From Ignavibacteriales bacterium (lineage in GTDB: Bacteria > Bacteroidota > Ignavibacteria > UBA10030 > UBA8401): 64,000 bases of DNA. Below the pieces are notes generated by a model. It ran no database searches. It saw only the letters and a list, made by a program, of their open reading frames with translations, and was not told the DNA's origin. The position numbers were made by a program, and so were the translations under genes. Of this stretch, positions 8,176-17,877 are shown one piece after another; positions within the stretch are counted from its first letter, which is position 1, and each line of letters begins with the position of its first letter. The stretch is from assembly GCA_026390635.1 (NCBI GenBank), contig JAPLFO010000148.1, positions 124,080 through 188,079 on the forward strand, in the 5' to 3' direction.

Positions 8176-10105
8176 TCGACACCGACTGAGAGCTGCCGCC
8201 GTTCTGACGACGGCTTCATTTCTCCTCACGGCTCTTCTTTTTACCTTGATCCCGGGAGTGCTCCGCTCCTGGGATCTCCAGGCAACCGACAGGCTATTCC
8301 TTCTGCGCCGTACACTGCAGCCGCCGCCGTACGATTCGACGATCATCCACATCGATATCGGAAACAGCAGCGTCCAGAAACTCAGCTATTATTTTCCACG
8401 GCGTCTTCACGCACAGTTGATTGAGCTGGCTAAAAATGCCAGTTTCTCCGCGCTTGCCTATGACATAATTTTTGCACAGCGAATCGGAACCGTCGACGAT
8501 ACACTTCTCCTGACCGCATCTTCCTCCTGGGGAAAAATGTATGTGCCCGTCGCGTTTTCCCTGGAATCTTCTCCGGGAAAATTCGTCAACGATTCTCCGG
8601 ACGGCGTCCGCTATCTGGATTCAACTGCATGGACTTTGCAGGCTGATCATGTCGATCAATTCTATAATGCCGGACAATCGCTGCTCACCTGGCCGGAATT
8701 GTCCGCAACAGCACGCGGCGTGGGCTTTATCAGTGTCGAAGCAGATCTTGACGGCGTCTTTCGCCGTGTACCGCTCTTGATCCGCTACAAAGACAAATTC
8801 TATCCCAGCATGGTGTTCCGTCTCGCATGCGATGTGCTGAAGGTAACACAGGATAGAATCATCGTACAGGGGGGCACATCGATCGTTCTCCGCGATGCGC
8901 TGACACGATCCGGCACTCGTCATGACCTCGAAATTCCGATTGACGAGCGCGGCAACATGGCCATCAACTGGATCGGACCATGGGAAGCCATGACACATGT
9001 CAGTTTCTCGCGAGTGCTCGAAGTGGCCGAAGACCGGGATGAGATTGATGCCTTTGCTGAACGCTTTCGCGGCTGCCTCGCGTTCGTGGGGGACAACTCT
9101 ACGGGAATATCCGATATCGGACCCACACCGTTCGAAGAGAAATTCGTCCTCGTCGGACTGCACGCCAATACGCTCAACACACTGCTGACGGAATCATTTC
9201 TCCATCAGCTTCCCCGGATCTGGTTCATCGCCATCAACGTGCTGATTGTTTTGTGCCTGATCGCGTGTTCGGTCCGTTTTTCGTCGGTGGGGTTTACGAT
9301 CTCATCTCTCGTTTTCATCGCACTGTATATTGCGCTTGCCGCAGCAGGATTCGTGTATCAGAACATTACTGTCTCGATTATTCAGCCGCCGCTTGCCGTT
9401 TTCGTGTCACTCCTTTCGGTGCTGGTGTATCGCTACCTCACGGAAGAAAAAGAAAAGGAGCAATTGCGGGCACGCTTCGAATCATACTTCCCGCCGGCTG
9501 TCGTCAAACAGATGCTCGAAAATCCCGACGTGTTAACGACCGCTCCGCGCATTGAAAACATTACCATCATGTTCAGCGACATCAAGAGCTTCACGACTCA
9601 TTCCTCCCGGATGACGCCGGAAGAAATCAGCAGCACGTTGAGCGAATACTTTGAAGCGATGACGGCGATCGTCTTCAAATACGGCGGCACCGTGGACAAG
9701 TTTATAGGCGATGGCCTCATGGTTTTTTATGGAGCGCCGGAGCCCCAGCAGGATCATGCTGTGCGCTGTGTACAAGCGGCAATTGAAATGCAGAAAAAAT
9801 GCCGGGAACTCAAGGAGCGGTGGGAACCCGTCGGCAGGCTTCCCCTCAAGATTCGGATCGGCATCAATGCCGGCGCGGTCGTCGTCGGCGATCTTGGTTC
9901 CGAACGGCGGAAAGAATACACCGTGATCGGGTCGGATGTCAATCTCGCCCAACGTCTTGAATCCAACGCTCCGGTGGAAGGAATCCTGATCTCCGAAGTT
10001 GTCTATCATCTGATCAAAGACGTTATCCGTACCATCCCGCGCGATCCGATACTTGTGAAGGGACTGGAGACGCCCATCCTTGTGCACGAAGTTCCGGTCG
10101 AATGA
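8162..10105 (+). CDS. CHASE2-domain membrane class III adenylate cyclase
   Basis: N-terminal TM, CHASE2 motifs (IIHIDI, FPRRLHAQLI, YDIIF, DLDGVFRRVPL, LHANTLNTLL), 3 TMs, cyclase FSDIKSFT, VDKFIGDGLM, YTVIGSDVNLAQRLE. Likely TTG start overlapping the DUF4384 gene end. Confidence 0.92.
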   Translation: MTTSNRHRLRAAAVLTTASFLLTALLFTLIPGVLRSWDLQATDRLFLLRRTLQPPPYDSTIIHIDIGNSSVQKLSYYFPRRLHAQLIELAKNASFSALAYDIIFAQRIGTVDDTLLLTASSSWGKMYVPVAFSLESSPGKFVNDSPDGVRYLDSTAWTLQADHVDQFYNAGQSLLTWPELSATARGVGFISVEADLDGVFRRVPLLIRYKDKFYPSMVFRLACDVLKVTQDRIIVQGGTSIVLRDALTRSGTRHDLEIPIDERGNMAINWIGPWEAMTHVSFSRVLEVAEDRDEIDAFAERFRGCLAFVGDNSTGISDIGPTPFEEKFVLVGLHANTLNTLLTESFLHQLPRIWFIAINVLIVLCLIACSVRFSSVGFTISSLVFIALYIALAAAGFVYQNITVSIIQPPLAVFVSLLSVLVYRYLTEEKEKEQLRARFESYFPPAVVKQMLENPDVLTTAPRIENITIMFSDIKSFTTHSSRMTPEEISSTLSEYFEAMTAIVFKYGGTVDKFIGDGLMVFYGAPEPQQDHAVRCVQAAIEMQKKCRELKERWEPVGRLPLKIRIGINAGAVVVGDLGSERRKEYTVIGSDVNLAQRLESNAPVEGILISEVVYHLIKDVIRTIPRDPILVKGLETPILVHEVPVE

Positions 10106-10186
10106 CGTGCTCAAAGGCGCTGCAATGCTTCATTCCGATACGAACCACACAATTCTTATTTTCTAACAGCGCCATCAAGGATTTTC

Positions 10187-10705
10187 ATGACCCGTCGTTC
10201 CAAACGCATCACGGTTGTCTCGACACTATTCACGGCAGGACTTCTTGCCGCTGCATATCTCCTCTATCCCCGTTCTACACCGGAGCAGACCGTGTCCACT
10301 ACACCGGCAATTTCAAGTGAGCCGCAGTTCGTCAAGCAGGGCGTCCTTTCTTTTCTCCGTCAGAAATCGTTTGCGGTTATCACCGCCGTCGATATTGAGA
10401 TCGCCGATACGGATGAGAAGCGAATGCAGGGGTTGATGTTCCGCAGATCGATGTCCGATTCCGTGGGAATGCTGTTCACCTTTCCCGACGAAACACCGCA
10501 AAGCTTTTGGATGAAGAACACCATTATTTCGCTCGATATTGTTTATATCAATGCGAAAAAGGAAATCGTGTCGATCCAGAAGTATGCTGAGCCGTATTCC
10601 GAACGGCCATTGCCATCGTACAAGCCCGCCAAGTTCGTTGTGGAAGTCAACGCAGGTTTCTGCGACCGCTATCGCATCGGCGAAGGCGACTGTATCCGAT
10701 TCTGA
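10187..10705 (+). CDS. DUF192 family protein
   Basis: EIADTDEKRMQGLMFR, GMLFTFP, FWMKNT.ISLDI, VVEVNAG. Confidence 0.92.
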   Translation: MTRRSKRITVVSTLFTAGLLAAAYLLYPRSTPEQTVSTTPAISSEPQFVKQGVLSFLRQKSFAVITAVDIEIADTDEKRMQGLMFRRSMSDSVGMLFTFPDETPQSFWMKNTIISLDIVYINAKKEIVSIQKYAEPYSERPLPSYKPAKFVVEVNAGFCDRYRIGEGDCIRF

Positions 10706-10708
10706 CGT

Positions 10709-11587
10709 ATGCCGTTACTTCATCAATTCGTTCTCGTCTTTTTTTTTCTGAGCGACTCACAACAGCCGCTCTGGTTCGAGACGCTGCGCCTGCCGCGGGA
10801 TCACAACGAAGAAGCAACACATTCCCTCTTTTCCGCCATCGCGCAAGACACAACCGCAACAGCGGTCTTCCATCTCGGCGATATGGTGTCTGCCGGCAGT
10901 TCAACGGACGACTGGGATCTGTTGGAGCAGCAGATCGCTCCCTTGCGCAGAAAGAGTATTCCCTTCTATCCCACATATGGGAACCACGAGTACTTCTGGC
11001 ACCCGGCTGTCGCAATGCCCAAGTATCTCCGACATTTCGCGGCGTATGCATCGGGATGGTATGTCGTGCGCACAGGCAATGCGGCTGTCGTCATGTTGAA
11101 TTCCAATTTCTATCGACTCACCGGAGAGGAATGGGATACACAGTGCCGGTGGTACCGGGACCAGCTTGCGCGGCTCGACAAGGATTCATCGATTGCAGTC
11201 GTTGTGGTGGCAACGCACTTCCCGCCGTACACCAACAGTGCGATAGTGGATCCTTCCGGCGATGTGTTGCGCGACTTTGTGCCACCGTACCTTGCCTCAC
11301 AGAAAGCACGTTTGTTCCTGAGCGGCCATGCACATGCATTCGAACACTTCCGTCAAGGCGGAAAAGATTTTCTCGTAATCGGGGGCGGCGGCGGATTGCT
11401 CCATCCCCTGCTGTGCGGCGAGGAGGAGCGGACACCCGATTTGTATCCGGCCGGCCGGCTGCCGGAGTCGTTCCACTATCTGACCTGCACCATCTCAGAC
11501 GATTCGCTGATCGCCCAACCCGTGATGCTGGGAACCGACCGGACGCAATTCTTCACGCCGTACCGTCTGGCCCTGCCGATCCGATAG
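10709..11587 (+). CDS. Calcineurin-like metallophosphoesterase
   Basis: SDSQ, HLGDMV, GNHE, THFPPY, SGHAH. Confidence 0.88.
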   Translation: MPLLHQFVLVFFFLSDSQQPLWFETLRLPRDHNEEATHSLFSAIAQDTTATAVFHLGDMVSAGSSTDDWDLLEQQIAPLRRKSIPFYPTYGNHEYFWHPAVAMPKYLRHFAAYASGWYVVRTGNAAVVMLNSNFYRLTGEEWDTQCRWYRDQLARLDKDSSIAVVVVATHFPPYTNSAIVDPSGDVLRDFVPPYLASQKARLFLSGHAHAFEHFRQGGKDFLVIGGGGGLLHPLLCGEEERTPDLYPAGRLPESFHYLTCTISDDSLIAQPVMLGTDRTQFFTPYRLALPIR

Positions 11588-11663
11588 AATTTCTTTTCAC
11601 AAAAAAAAGCACGAACATTTATTCGTGCCTTGTTTTGAATCATCTCTCAGCAATAATTGCCGC

Positions 11664-12056
11664 TCAGGTATTTCCCAACTTGTAAAAATTCCATTCGGCG
11701 ATTCCTCCGCGAAGATTTGCGGCGTCAAGTCCTTTCTTCTGCAGAAGCGCGGCAGCAGACATACTCCGGCTGCCGGACTGGCAGTAGCATATAATTTCAC
11801 GCCCGGCAAACTTCTTCAACTCCTCGATGCGTATGGCAAGTTCCTGCAGTGGAATATGAATGGAGCCCGCGATGTGTTGGGCTGATCGTTCGCTCTTCGT
11901 ACGCACATCCAGCAGTATCATACCGGCGGCCTGTTTCAACATTGCTTCCAGTTGGGATGGAGAATACTGGGCGATGTTTCGTCGTTGCATCATCCGGCGA
12001 ATGATGACTGCTATCAGAAAAACAAAGCCTATGTATGAAAGCGTTTGAGGTGTCAT
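11664..12056 (-). CDS. Membrane-anchored rhodanese-like protein
   Basis: LLDVR, HIAGSIHIP, CYCQSGSRS, LRGGIAEW; TGATG coupling to the upstream gene. Confidence 0.9.
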   Translation of the reverse strand: MTPQTLSYIGFVFLIAVIIRRMMQRRNIAQYSPSQLEAMLKQAAGMILLDVRTKSERSAQHIAGSIHIPLQELAIRIEELKKFAGREIICYCQSGSRSMSAAALLQKKGLDAANLRGGIAEWNFYKLGNT

Positions 12057-12283
12057 CAATTCATCCCGCACGATCCATTTGCACAGCAGCTCTCACATGC
12101 AGCTGGAGCCATTTCTCCGCTACCGGTTCCGGCCATTCTTGGTGCTGCCGGCACAGACATTAGTTTGGAGTATTTTTTTGAAGTGCAATGCGGACATTCG
12201 ATGTCCCCTTCGATTTCTTTTCCCTTGTGAAAGACATCGTATCTTTTTCCACATTCCGCACATTCATATTCTAATATCGGCAT
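12056..12283 (-). CDS. FmdB-family zinc-ribbon regulatory protein
   Basis: MPILEYECAECG..CPHC..KLMS with a Cys-rich tail. Confidence 0.88.
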   Translation of the reverse strand: MPILEYECAECGKRYDVFHKGKEIEGDIECPHCTSKKYSKLMSVPAAPRMAGTGSGEMAPAACESCCANGSCGMN

Positions 12284-12534
12284 GTTTAACCTTTCTCTCT
12301 ATGTTCGGCCCGAACTTTTTCACGGCGTATTATTCTATGGGATGCTTCGGGACGGAAAACGATTCACAATTCGCATGGATTTTTGCCTTTTTCCTCTATT
12401 CCCAAAGCAGAAACGAGCCGCATGCAGCCGTCCCGTGTCTGCAATAATATGAGAAAAAGACCGATTTATTGCAATTGCCGATGAGATTGGATAGATTATT
12501 TCCGAGAATAGTCACGCCACGAAGGAGGGTCATT

Positions 12535-13098
12535 ATGGCAGATTTCAGTCTGGCTGCCGACGAGAAATCATTACTGCTTGGCATCGCCCGCTCAACAATC
12601 GAGTCCTATGTCCAGAAACGGACAATCCCCACTCTGAATCAGAATTCTATGAGCGAGGCATTGAAAACCGGATGCGGCGCTTTCGTGACCCTGAAAAAGC
12701 AAGGACAACTTCGCGGATGCATCGGCCGCTTCGACAGCTCTGAACCTCTTTATAGAGTAGTGCAATCGATGGCTGTGGCCGCGGCAACACAGGACTACCG
12801 CTTCGCTCCCGTCCAACTGGCTGAAATGAGAACCATCGAGGTCGAAATCTCCGTGCTGACCCCGTTACAACGCATACAGAACCTGGATGAACTCGTCCTT
12901 GGACGGCACGGCATCTACATTAAGAAGAAAATGAACAGCGGAACATTTCTCCCGCAGGTCGCGACCGAGACCGGTTGGACCAAAGAAGAGTTTGTTGGAC
13001 ATTGTGCAGAGGAGAAGATGGGTATCGGTTACACCGGATGGAAAGATGCCGATGCAGAACTCTTCACGTACGAAGCCCTTGTTTTCAGCGAGCGGTAA
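12535..13098 (+). CDS. amrA: AMMECR1-domain protein (AmmeMemoRadiSam system protein A)
   Basis: GAFVTL, LRGCIG, DYRF, EISVLTP, GTFLPQVA; GGAGG RBS before ATG 12535. Confidence 0.88.
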   Translation: MADFSLAADEKSLLLGIARSTIESYVQKRTIPTLNQNSMSEALKTGCGAFVTLKKQGQLRGCIGRFDSSEPLYRVVQSMAVAAATQDYRFAPVQLAEMRTIEVEISVLTPLQRIQNLDELVLGRHGIYIKKKMNSGTFLPQVATETGWTKEEFVGHCAEEKMGIGYTGWKDADAELFTYEALVFSER

Positions 13099-13339
13099 AT
13101 GACGTTCGTCCGACAGATCCTTCGAAAAATACTTCTCCCGTATCGGCGAAGCCGTCGCGCACGGCAACAATCATCTCGCCGAGCCTCTATCGCTCGAAAC
13201 TCTTGCTCATGCTGCATTCTTCTCCCTGCACCATACTATGAAGCGTATCACCCGAGACCCGAGACTCGCCCATGGAAAAAATTCGTTATGTTTGAATGCC
13301 CATTCAACCACTGTAGCGCACACCATCGATAGGATGAGA

Positions 13340-13963
13340 ATGAAAAAATTGGATCTGAAAAAAGAATATAGGGCGTTGTTTCATGCACCGCTTAAGAGCC
13401 CCGAACTTATCATTGTCCCGGAGCTGATCTACCTGATGATCGATGGACAGGGAGATCCGAACACAGCTGCATCCTATCATGAAGCGATCGAGGCACTGTA
13501 CAGCATGTCCTACACACTGAAGTTCATGCTGAAAAAGGGAAAAGCCTCCATCGATTATGGAGTTCCTCCTTTGGAAGGATTATGGTGGACCACTTCGATG
13601 GCAGATTTTTCCGTCGAGAGGAAAGACTCGTGGTTGTGGACTGCAATGATCATGCAACCATCTGTCATCACCGAAGATCTCGTGAAGAAAGCAATGGATC
13701 AGGTTGCGGCAAAGAAGAGTCTTCCTGCGCTGACGCAGATCCGATTTTCGTCCTTTGCTGAAGGACAGGCTGCACAAATTATGCACATCGGTCCCTACGC
13801 CACAGAAGCGCCAACGATCCGGAAGCTGCATCAATTTATCGAGGCGAACGGCTATTGCCGTTCGGGGAAGCATCACGAAATTTATGTGAGCGATCCTCGC
13901 CGTTGCTCCCCGGAAAAGATGAAAACTATTATTCGCCAGCCCGTGAGCCTTAGAGATGTCTGA
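13340..13963 (+). CDS. GyrI-like small-molecule-binding protein
   Basis: MKKLDLKK, GQGDPN, YGVPPLEGLWW, WTAMIMQP, HIGPY, HHEIYVSDPRR..KTIIRQP. Confidence 0.88.
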   Translation: MKKLDLKKEYRALFHAPLKSPELIIVPELIYLMIDGQGDPNTAASYHEAIEALYSMSYTLKFMLKKGKASIDYGVPPLEGLWWTTSMADFSVERKDSWLWTAMIMQPSVITEDLVKKAMDQVAAKKSLPALTQIRFSSFAEGQAAQIMHIGPYATEAPTIRKLHQFIEANGYCRSGKHHEIYVSDPRRCSPEKMKTIIRQPVSLRDV

Positions 13964-14182
13964 CGCCTGCTTCTGGCGTCTGACATCTTTCTCTTCTATG
14001 CTGCAAAGCCGCACGTCAGCTGAAAAGAGGTTATCTGAATCGCGAGCCACAGGAATTTGAGCTCCTCTTGCGGCTCTCCCTTTTATAGTGGGGAAAAATC
14101 CTTACATTATGCTGTTTGCTCCAACATCAAGGGTCCAATTTTACGACCTGCTCATTTCTTTAACATTTTTCATGAGAATACC

Positions 14183-16240
14183 ATGGTTCTTCGAAGACAC
14201 TGCCTTGCCCTAGCAATTCTGTTTTCTTTGATATCCTTCCCCGTATCAGCCGAACAGGGGACATCCTTGTCACTTCTGCCGGTTCCCCGTTCCGTCACCA
14301 TGAAGGAAGGCCGTTTCCGATTGACTCCGTCCTTTACAATCGCAATAAAAAGGGATGCCGGCCCTCGGTTGTATAACGCCGCCAGCCGTGTGCTGCGGCG
14401 CCTTTCCGGCAGAACCGGTCTTTTCTTCCCGCAAGATTATGTGACAGGCGAAATCTTTCCCGATACGGCTTCATGCGTGGTCACTGCCGGACGCAAGGGC
14501 GATGTTGTGCTGGGTGAAGACGAATCCTACACGCTTTTGGTTACTCCGAAGGTCGTCCTCCTTGAATCAAAGACTGATCTCGGCGCCATACACGGATTGG
14601 AGACAATGCTGCAGTTGCTGAATGTTGATGATGAGGGATATTACCTGCCCGCAATCGTCATACAGGACGCACCACGTTTCCCGTGGCGCGGACTGATGAT
14701 GGATGTCGCGCGTCACTTCATGCCGATCGATGTCATCAAACGCAATCTGGATGCTATGGCGGCAGTGAAGATGAATGTATTTCACTGGCATCTGTCCGAA
14801 GATCAGGGATTCCGGATCGAGAGCAAAGTTTTTCCGGAACTGAACAAACTTGGTTCCGATGGAATGTTCTATACACAAGATCAGGTTCGCGACATTCTCG
14901 CCTACGCCGAAGAACGAGGTATCCGTGTGTATCCGGAATTCGATATCCCCGGTCACTCCACCAGCTGGTTCGTTTCGCATCCGGAACTGGCAAGTGCACC
15001 GGGTCCGTATACAATCGAACGACACTGGGGCGTATTCGATCCTACATTTGATCCGACCAAAGAAGCAACGTACGAATTCTTTGACAAGTTTTTGGCGGAA
15101 ATGACAGCACTCTTCCCCGATCCGTACTTTCACATCGGGGGTGATGAAAACAACGGCAAGCAATGGAAGGCCAATCCGGCAATTCAGGCCTATATGAAAC
15201 AACACAATATACCGGACGGACATGCGCTGCAGGCGATGTTCAATAAACGCATTCTGGCCATGCTGACAAAATACGACAAGCACATGATTGGCTGGGATGA
15301 AATTCTGCATCCCGATCTTCCGAAAGAAAGCATCATCCACTCGTGGCGCGGACAGAAAGGGTTGTTCGATGCCGCCCGCAAAGGATATCAGACCATCCTT
15401 TCCAACGGCTATTATATTGATCTCATCCAGCCGGCGGAATTTCATTACCTCAACGACCCGCTTCCTGTGGATTCATTGAAGGTGCTGTCGGAAAACGAAC
15501 AGAAACGCATTCTCGGCGGTGAGGCCACCAGCTGGGCTGAGCTTGTGACGTGGGAAAATGTGGACTCGCGCATCTGGCCCCGCACTTCAGCAATCGCGGA
15601 ACGTCTTTGGTCGTCGGCGGAAGTTCGCGATGTGGAAGATATGTACCGCCGGATTGCGGACGAGAGTTTCCGCCTGGAGGAATTGGGGCTGACGCACCGT
15701 AAAAATCACGACATGATGGTCCGTCGCCTGGTGAACAACGGAAGCGTCACCGCGTTGAAAACATTGTTACAATACATTGAGCCTGTTAAAATCTATGCGC
15801 GGCACAGTCAGGGTGTCAGCTACACGTCTTCTTCACCATACACGCGAGTCGTGGACGCCGCACTGCCGGAAGCAATGGCAGCCCGGCACTTCCGCATCAT
15901 TGTCAAAGAATATTTGTCAACAAAAGAAACAACTCTGGCTGATGAAATCGCGGGAATATGTAACACGTGGAAACAGAATCATTCCCTGCTTCTTCCGACC
16001 ATCCGGAAATCTCCCGTCCTGAAAGAGATTGAACCGCTTTCATCTAATTTGGAAGTGCTCGGTTCTGTCGCGACCGATGCTCTTGAACACCTCCGCGGTG
16101 GAGCTTCGTTAAGTGCAGAAACTGCATTGCGATACCGGGTTGCCGTAGAACTTGCGAAAAAACCCTACGGTCAGACGCAACTGATGATGGTCGATGCGGT
16201 GGCGGATCTCCTCACCGCGGCGGCGGCACCGAAGAAATAG
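14183..16240 (+). CDS. Beta-N-acetylhexosaminidase (GH20)
   Basis: Signal peptide; DAPRFPWRGLMMDVARHF, HWHLSEDQG, PEFDIPGH, catalytic HIGGDE, GGEATSWAE, IWPR..AERLWS. Confidence 0.95.
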   Translation: MVLRRHCLALAILFSLISFPVSAEQGTSLSLLPVPRSVTMKEGRFRLTPSFTIAIKRDAGPRLYNAASRVLRRLSGRTGLFFPQDYVTGEIFPDTASCVVTAGRKGDVVLGEDESYTLLVTPKVVLLESKTDLGAIHGLETMLQLLNVDDEGYYLPAIVIQDAPRFPWRGLMMDVARHFMPIDVIKRNLDAMAAVKMNVFHWHLSEDQGFRIESKVFPELNKLGSDGMFYTQDQVRDILAYAEERGIRVYPEFDIPGHSTSWFVSHPELASAPGPYTIERHWGVFDPTFDPTKEATYEFFDKFLAEMTALFPDPYFHIGGDENNGKQWKANPAIQAYMKQHNIPDGHALQAMFNKRILAMLTKYDKHMIGWDEILHPDLPKESIIHSWRGQKGLFDAARKGYQTILSNGYYIDLIQPAEFHYLNDPLPVDSLKVLSENEQKRILGGEATSWAELVTWENVDSRIWPRTSAIAERLWSSAEVRDVEDMYRRIADESFRLEELGLTHRKNHDMMVRRLVNNGSVTALKTLLQYIEPVKIYARHSQGVSYTSSSPYTRVVDAALPEAMAARHFRIIVKEYLSTKETTLADEIAGICNTWKQNHSLLLPTIRKSPVLKEIEPLSSNLEVLGSVATDALEHLRGGASLSAETALRYRVAVELAKKPYGQTQLMMVDAVADLLTAAAAPKK

Positions 16241-16308
16241 TGGCGACACGACGCTGAGCGCTTTCGAAAATTCCATATTCGCACCGGAGGTTCCGGAAGG
16301 AATTATCA

Positions 16309-17187
16309 ATGATCAATCGATTTCTTTTTTCATGCTTGTGCATTGCTGTACTGACATCCGGCACCTTCTGCCAGAATCACGCTCTCGTCGTCGATCATCT
16401 CGGCGGCGAATTTGTCTCTGCTGTCAGCCTTGCATCCAACGGAGCCGGAGACCTGTTTGTCGTTGACGCCGGTTTGCATCGTCTTCAAAAATTTTCCTTC
16501 GACGGCAAACTCTTGAAAACAATCGGAGGCAAAGGATGGGGTTCTCTCGAGTTTGATCAACCGCTCGATGTTTGCGCCGCCTTTCCTCTCGATATTTTTG
16601 TTGTCGATCAGAACAACAGACGGCTACAGCGTTTTGATCGTTCGCTCAATTTTGTACAGACTTTTTCTGACGGCAATTTGACGCTCCCGCGCGATGGAAA
16701 TTTCTACCCGCGCGCCGCTACACTGTCCGATCTCGGAGAACTCTTCGTGCTGGAATCAGATGCGCGCCGTGTTATCAAGTTCACGAGTCAGTATGCTCCG
16801 GATCAGGAATTCGGATCGTACAATGCTGGAGCTGGATCGCTGAATGCCCCTGCTGACATTGCCATCTCTGATGACGGCCTCCTTCACATCGCTGACGGCG
16901 GACGTATCGTCGCTTTTGATACGTATGGCAACTACATGTCTGCGATTGTTGCAGACACTGCCGCCGAGATATCGAGCATTTCCACTTTCAAGGGAGGGAT
17001 CCTGTGCACTTTTCCCAACCGCCTTTCCGCATTTCGAAACGACGGTTCACTTCTCTGGTGCATACCGCGGGAAATGACGATCGGTCTGCCGTCCGGAGAG
17101 GCTTTTCGCGACGGACTTCTGCGCGGTGACTGGCTGATTCTGTTGACAGATCGGCATCTTGTCTTCTGCCGGACTCGTGAAAATTAA
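16309..17187 (+). CDS. NHL-repeat beta-propeller protein
   Basis: LFVVDAGLHRLQKFS, GGKGWGSLEFDQPLDV, LNAPADIA; signal peptide. Confidence 0.82.
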   Translation: MINRFLFSCLCIAVLTSGTFCQNHALVVDHLGGEFVSAVSLASNGAGDLFVVDAGLHRLQKFSFDGKLLKTIGGKGWGSLEFDQPLDVCAAFPLDIFVVDQNNRRLQRFDRSLNFVQTFSDGNLTLPRDGNFYPRAATLSDLGELFVLESDARRVIKFTSQYAPDQEFGSYNAGAGSLNAPADIAISDDGLLHIADGGRIVAFDTYGNYMSAIVADTAAEISSISTFKGGILCTFPNRLSAFRNDGSLLWCIPREMTIGLPSGEAFRDGLLRGDWLILLTDRHLVFCRTREN

Positions 17188-17200
17188 TTTTCGGAACCTC

Positions 17201-17229
17201 TTGACAGAAGGTAAAAAAATACGTATATT
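17201..17229 (+). promoter_or_regulatory. Sigma70 promoter of ssb
   Basis: TTGACA-N17-TATATT. Confidence 0.75.
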
Positions 17230-17286
17230 TTTTGCGAATACGTTGGTAATCAACTATTTCAACATCATACAATGGAGGAACAATCC

Positions 17287-17700
17287 ATGGCAAAAAGCCT
17301 CAACAAAGTGCAGCTCATCGGTCATCTTGGCAAAGATCCCGAACTGAAGTACACACCCAGCGGTGTCGCCGTTGCCACCTTTTCCATCGCCACTAACGAA
17401 TCTTGGAAAGATCAGGAAGGCAATGTGCAGGAACGCACAGAATGGCACAATATTGTTGCTTGGAGAAAGCTCGCGGAAATCTGCGGGGAATGGCTGAAGA
17501 AGGGAAGGCGCATCTATCTGGAGGGACGCATCCAAACCCGGTCATATGAAAAAGACGGCGTCAAGAAGTACATCACGGAAATTGTTGCGGATGACATGAT
17601 TATGCTCGACGGCGGAACACCGCGTGCCGCTGCAGAGCATGAGGGCGCACCGGCCCCCGCAGACAATCAACCCGACGGCGATAAAGATCTTCCCTTCTAA
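17287..17700 (+). CDS. ssb: Single-stranded DNA-binding protein
   Basis: [24 protein letters not shown]-terminal DLPF; GGAGG RBS. Confidence 0.97.
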   Translation: MAKSLNKVQLIGHLGKDPELKYTPSGVAVATFSIATNESWKDQEGNVQERTEWHNIVAWRKLAEICGEWLKKGRRIYLEGRIQTRSYEKDGVKKYITEIVADDMIMLDGGTPRAAAEHEGAPAPADNQPDGDKDLPF

Positions 17701-17726
17701 TCAACCCACCTGCCCTGTTCTCGTCT

Positions 17727-17757
17727 GCCCCGGTTCCCACACGCCGGGGCTTTTTTT
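17727..17757 (+). terminator. Rho-independent terminator of ssb
   Basis: gccccgg-N10-ccggggc followed by T7. Confidence 0.85.
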
Positions 17758-17877
17758 ATTGAGGGGATATTTCTGTATATTTAGTTTCATTCATGCGAGT
17801 CGGCGGCATCAACTCTGTCGATTTCTGCCAGGCTACCGGTACTCCATCTCGCATTGACCATTTACATGAGAAGAAAT

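Noticed and set aside
10739-10747. T9 run near the start of the metallophosphoesterase as a phase-variation tract
   Set aside because: It is in frame, encodes Phe residues in a hydrophobic N-terminus, and is too short to argue for switching without read data.
13099-13339. Arg-rich 77-aa ORF and the N-terminal extension of the GyrI-like gene
   Set aside because: No family features; the GyrI-like family start is MKKLDLKK at 13340.
14567-15445. Long antisense ORFs (292 aa here; also 47958-48704 and 62892-63593)
   Set aside because: Shadow frames of well-supported genes on the opposite strand.
16241-16300. gacgctgagcgctttcgaa as another repeat copy
   Set aside because: Too short and divergent to assign to any of the repeat families.
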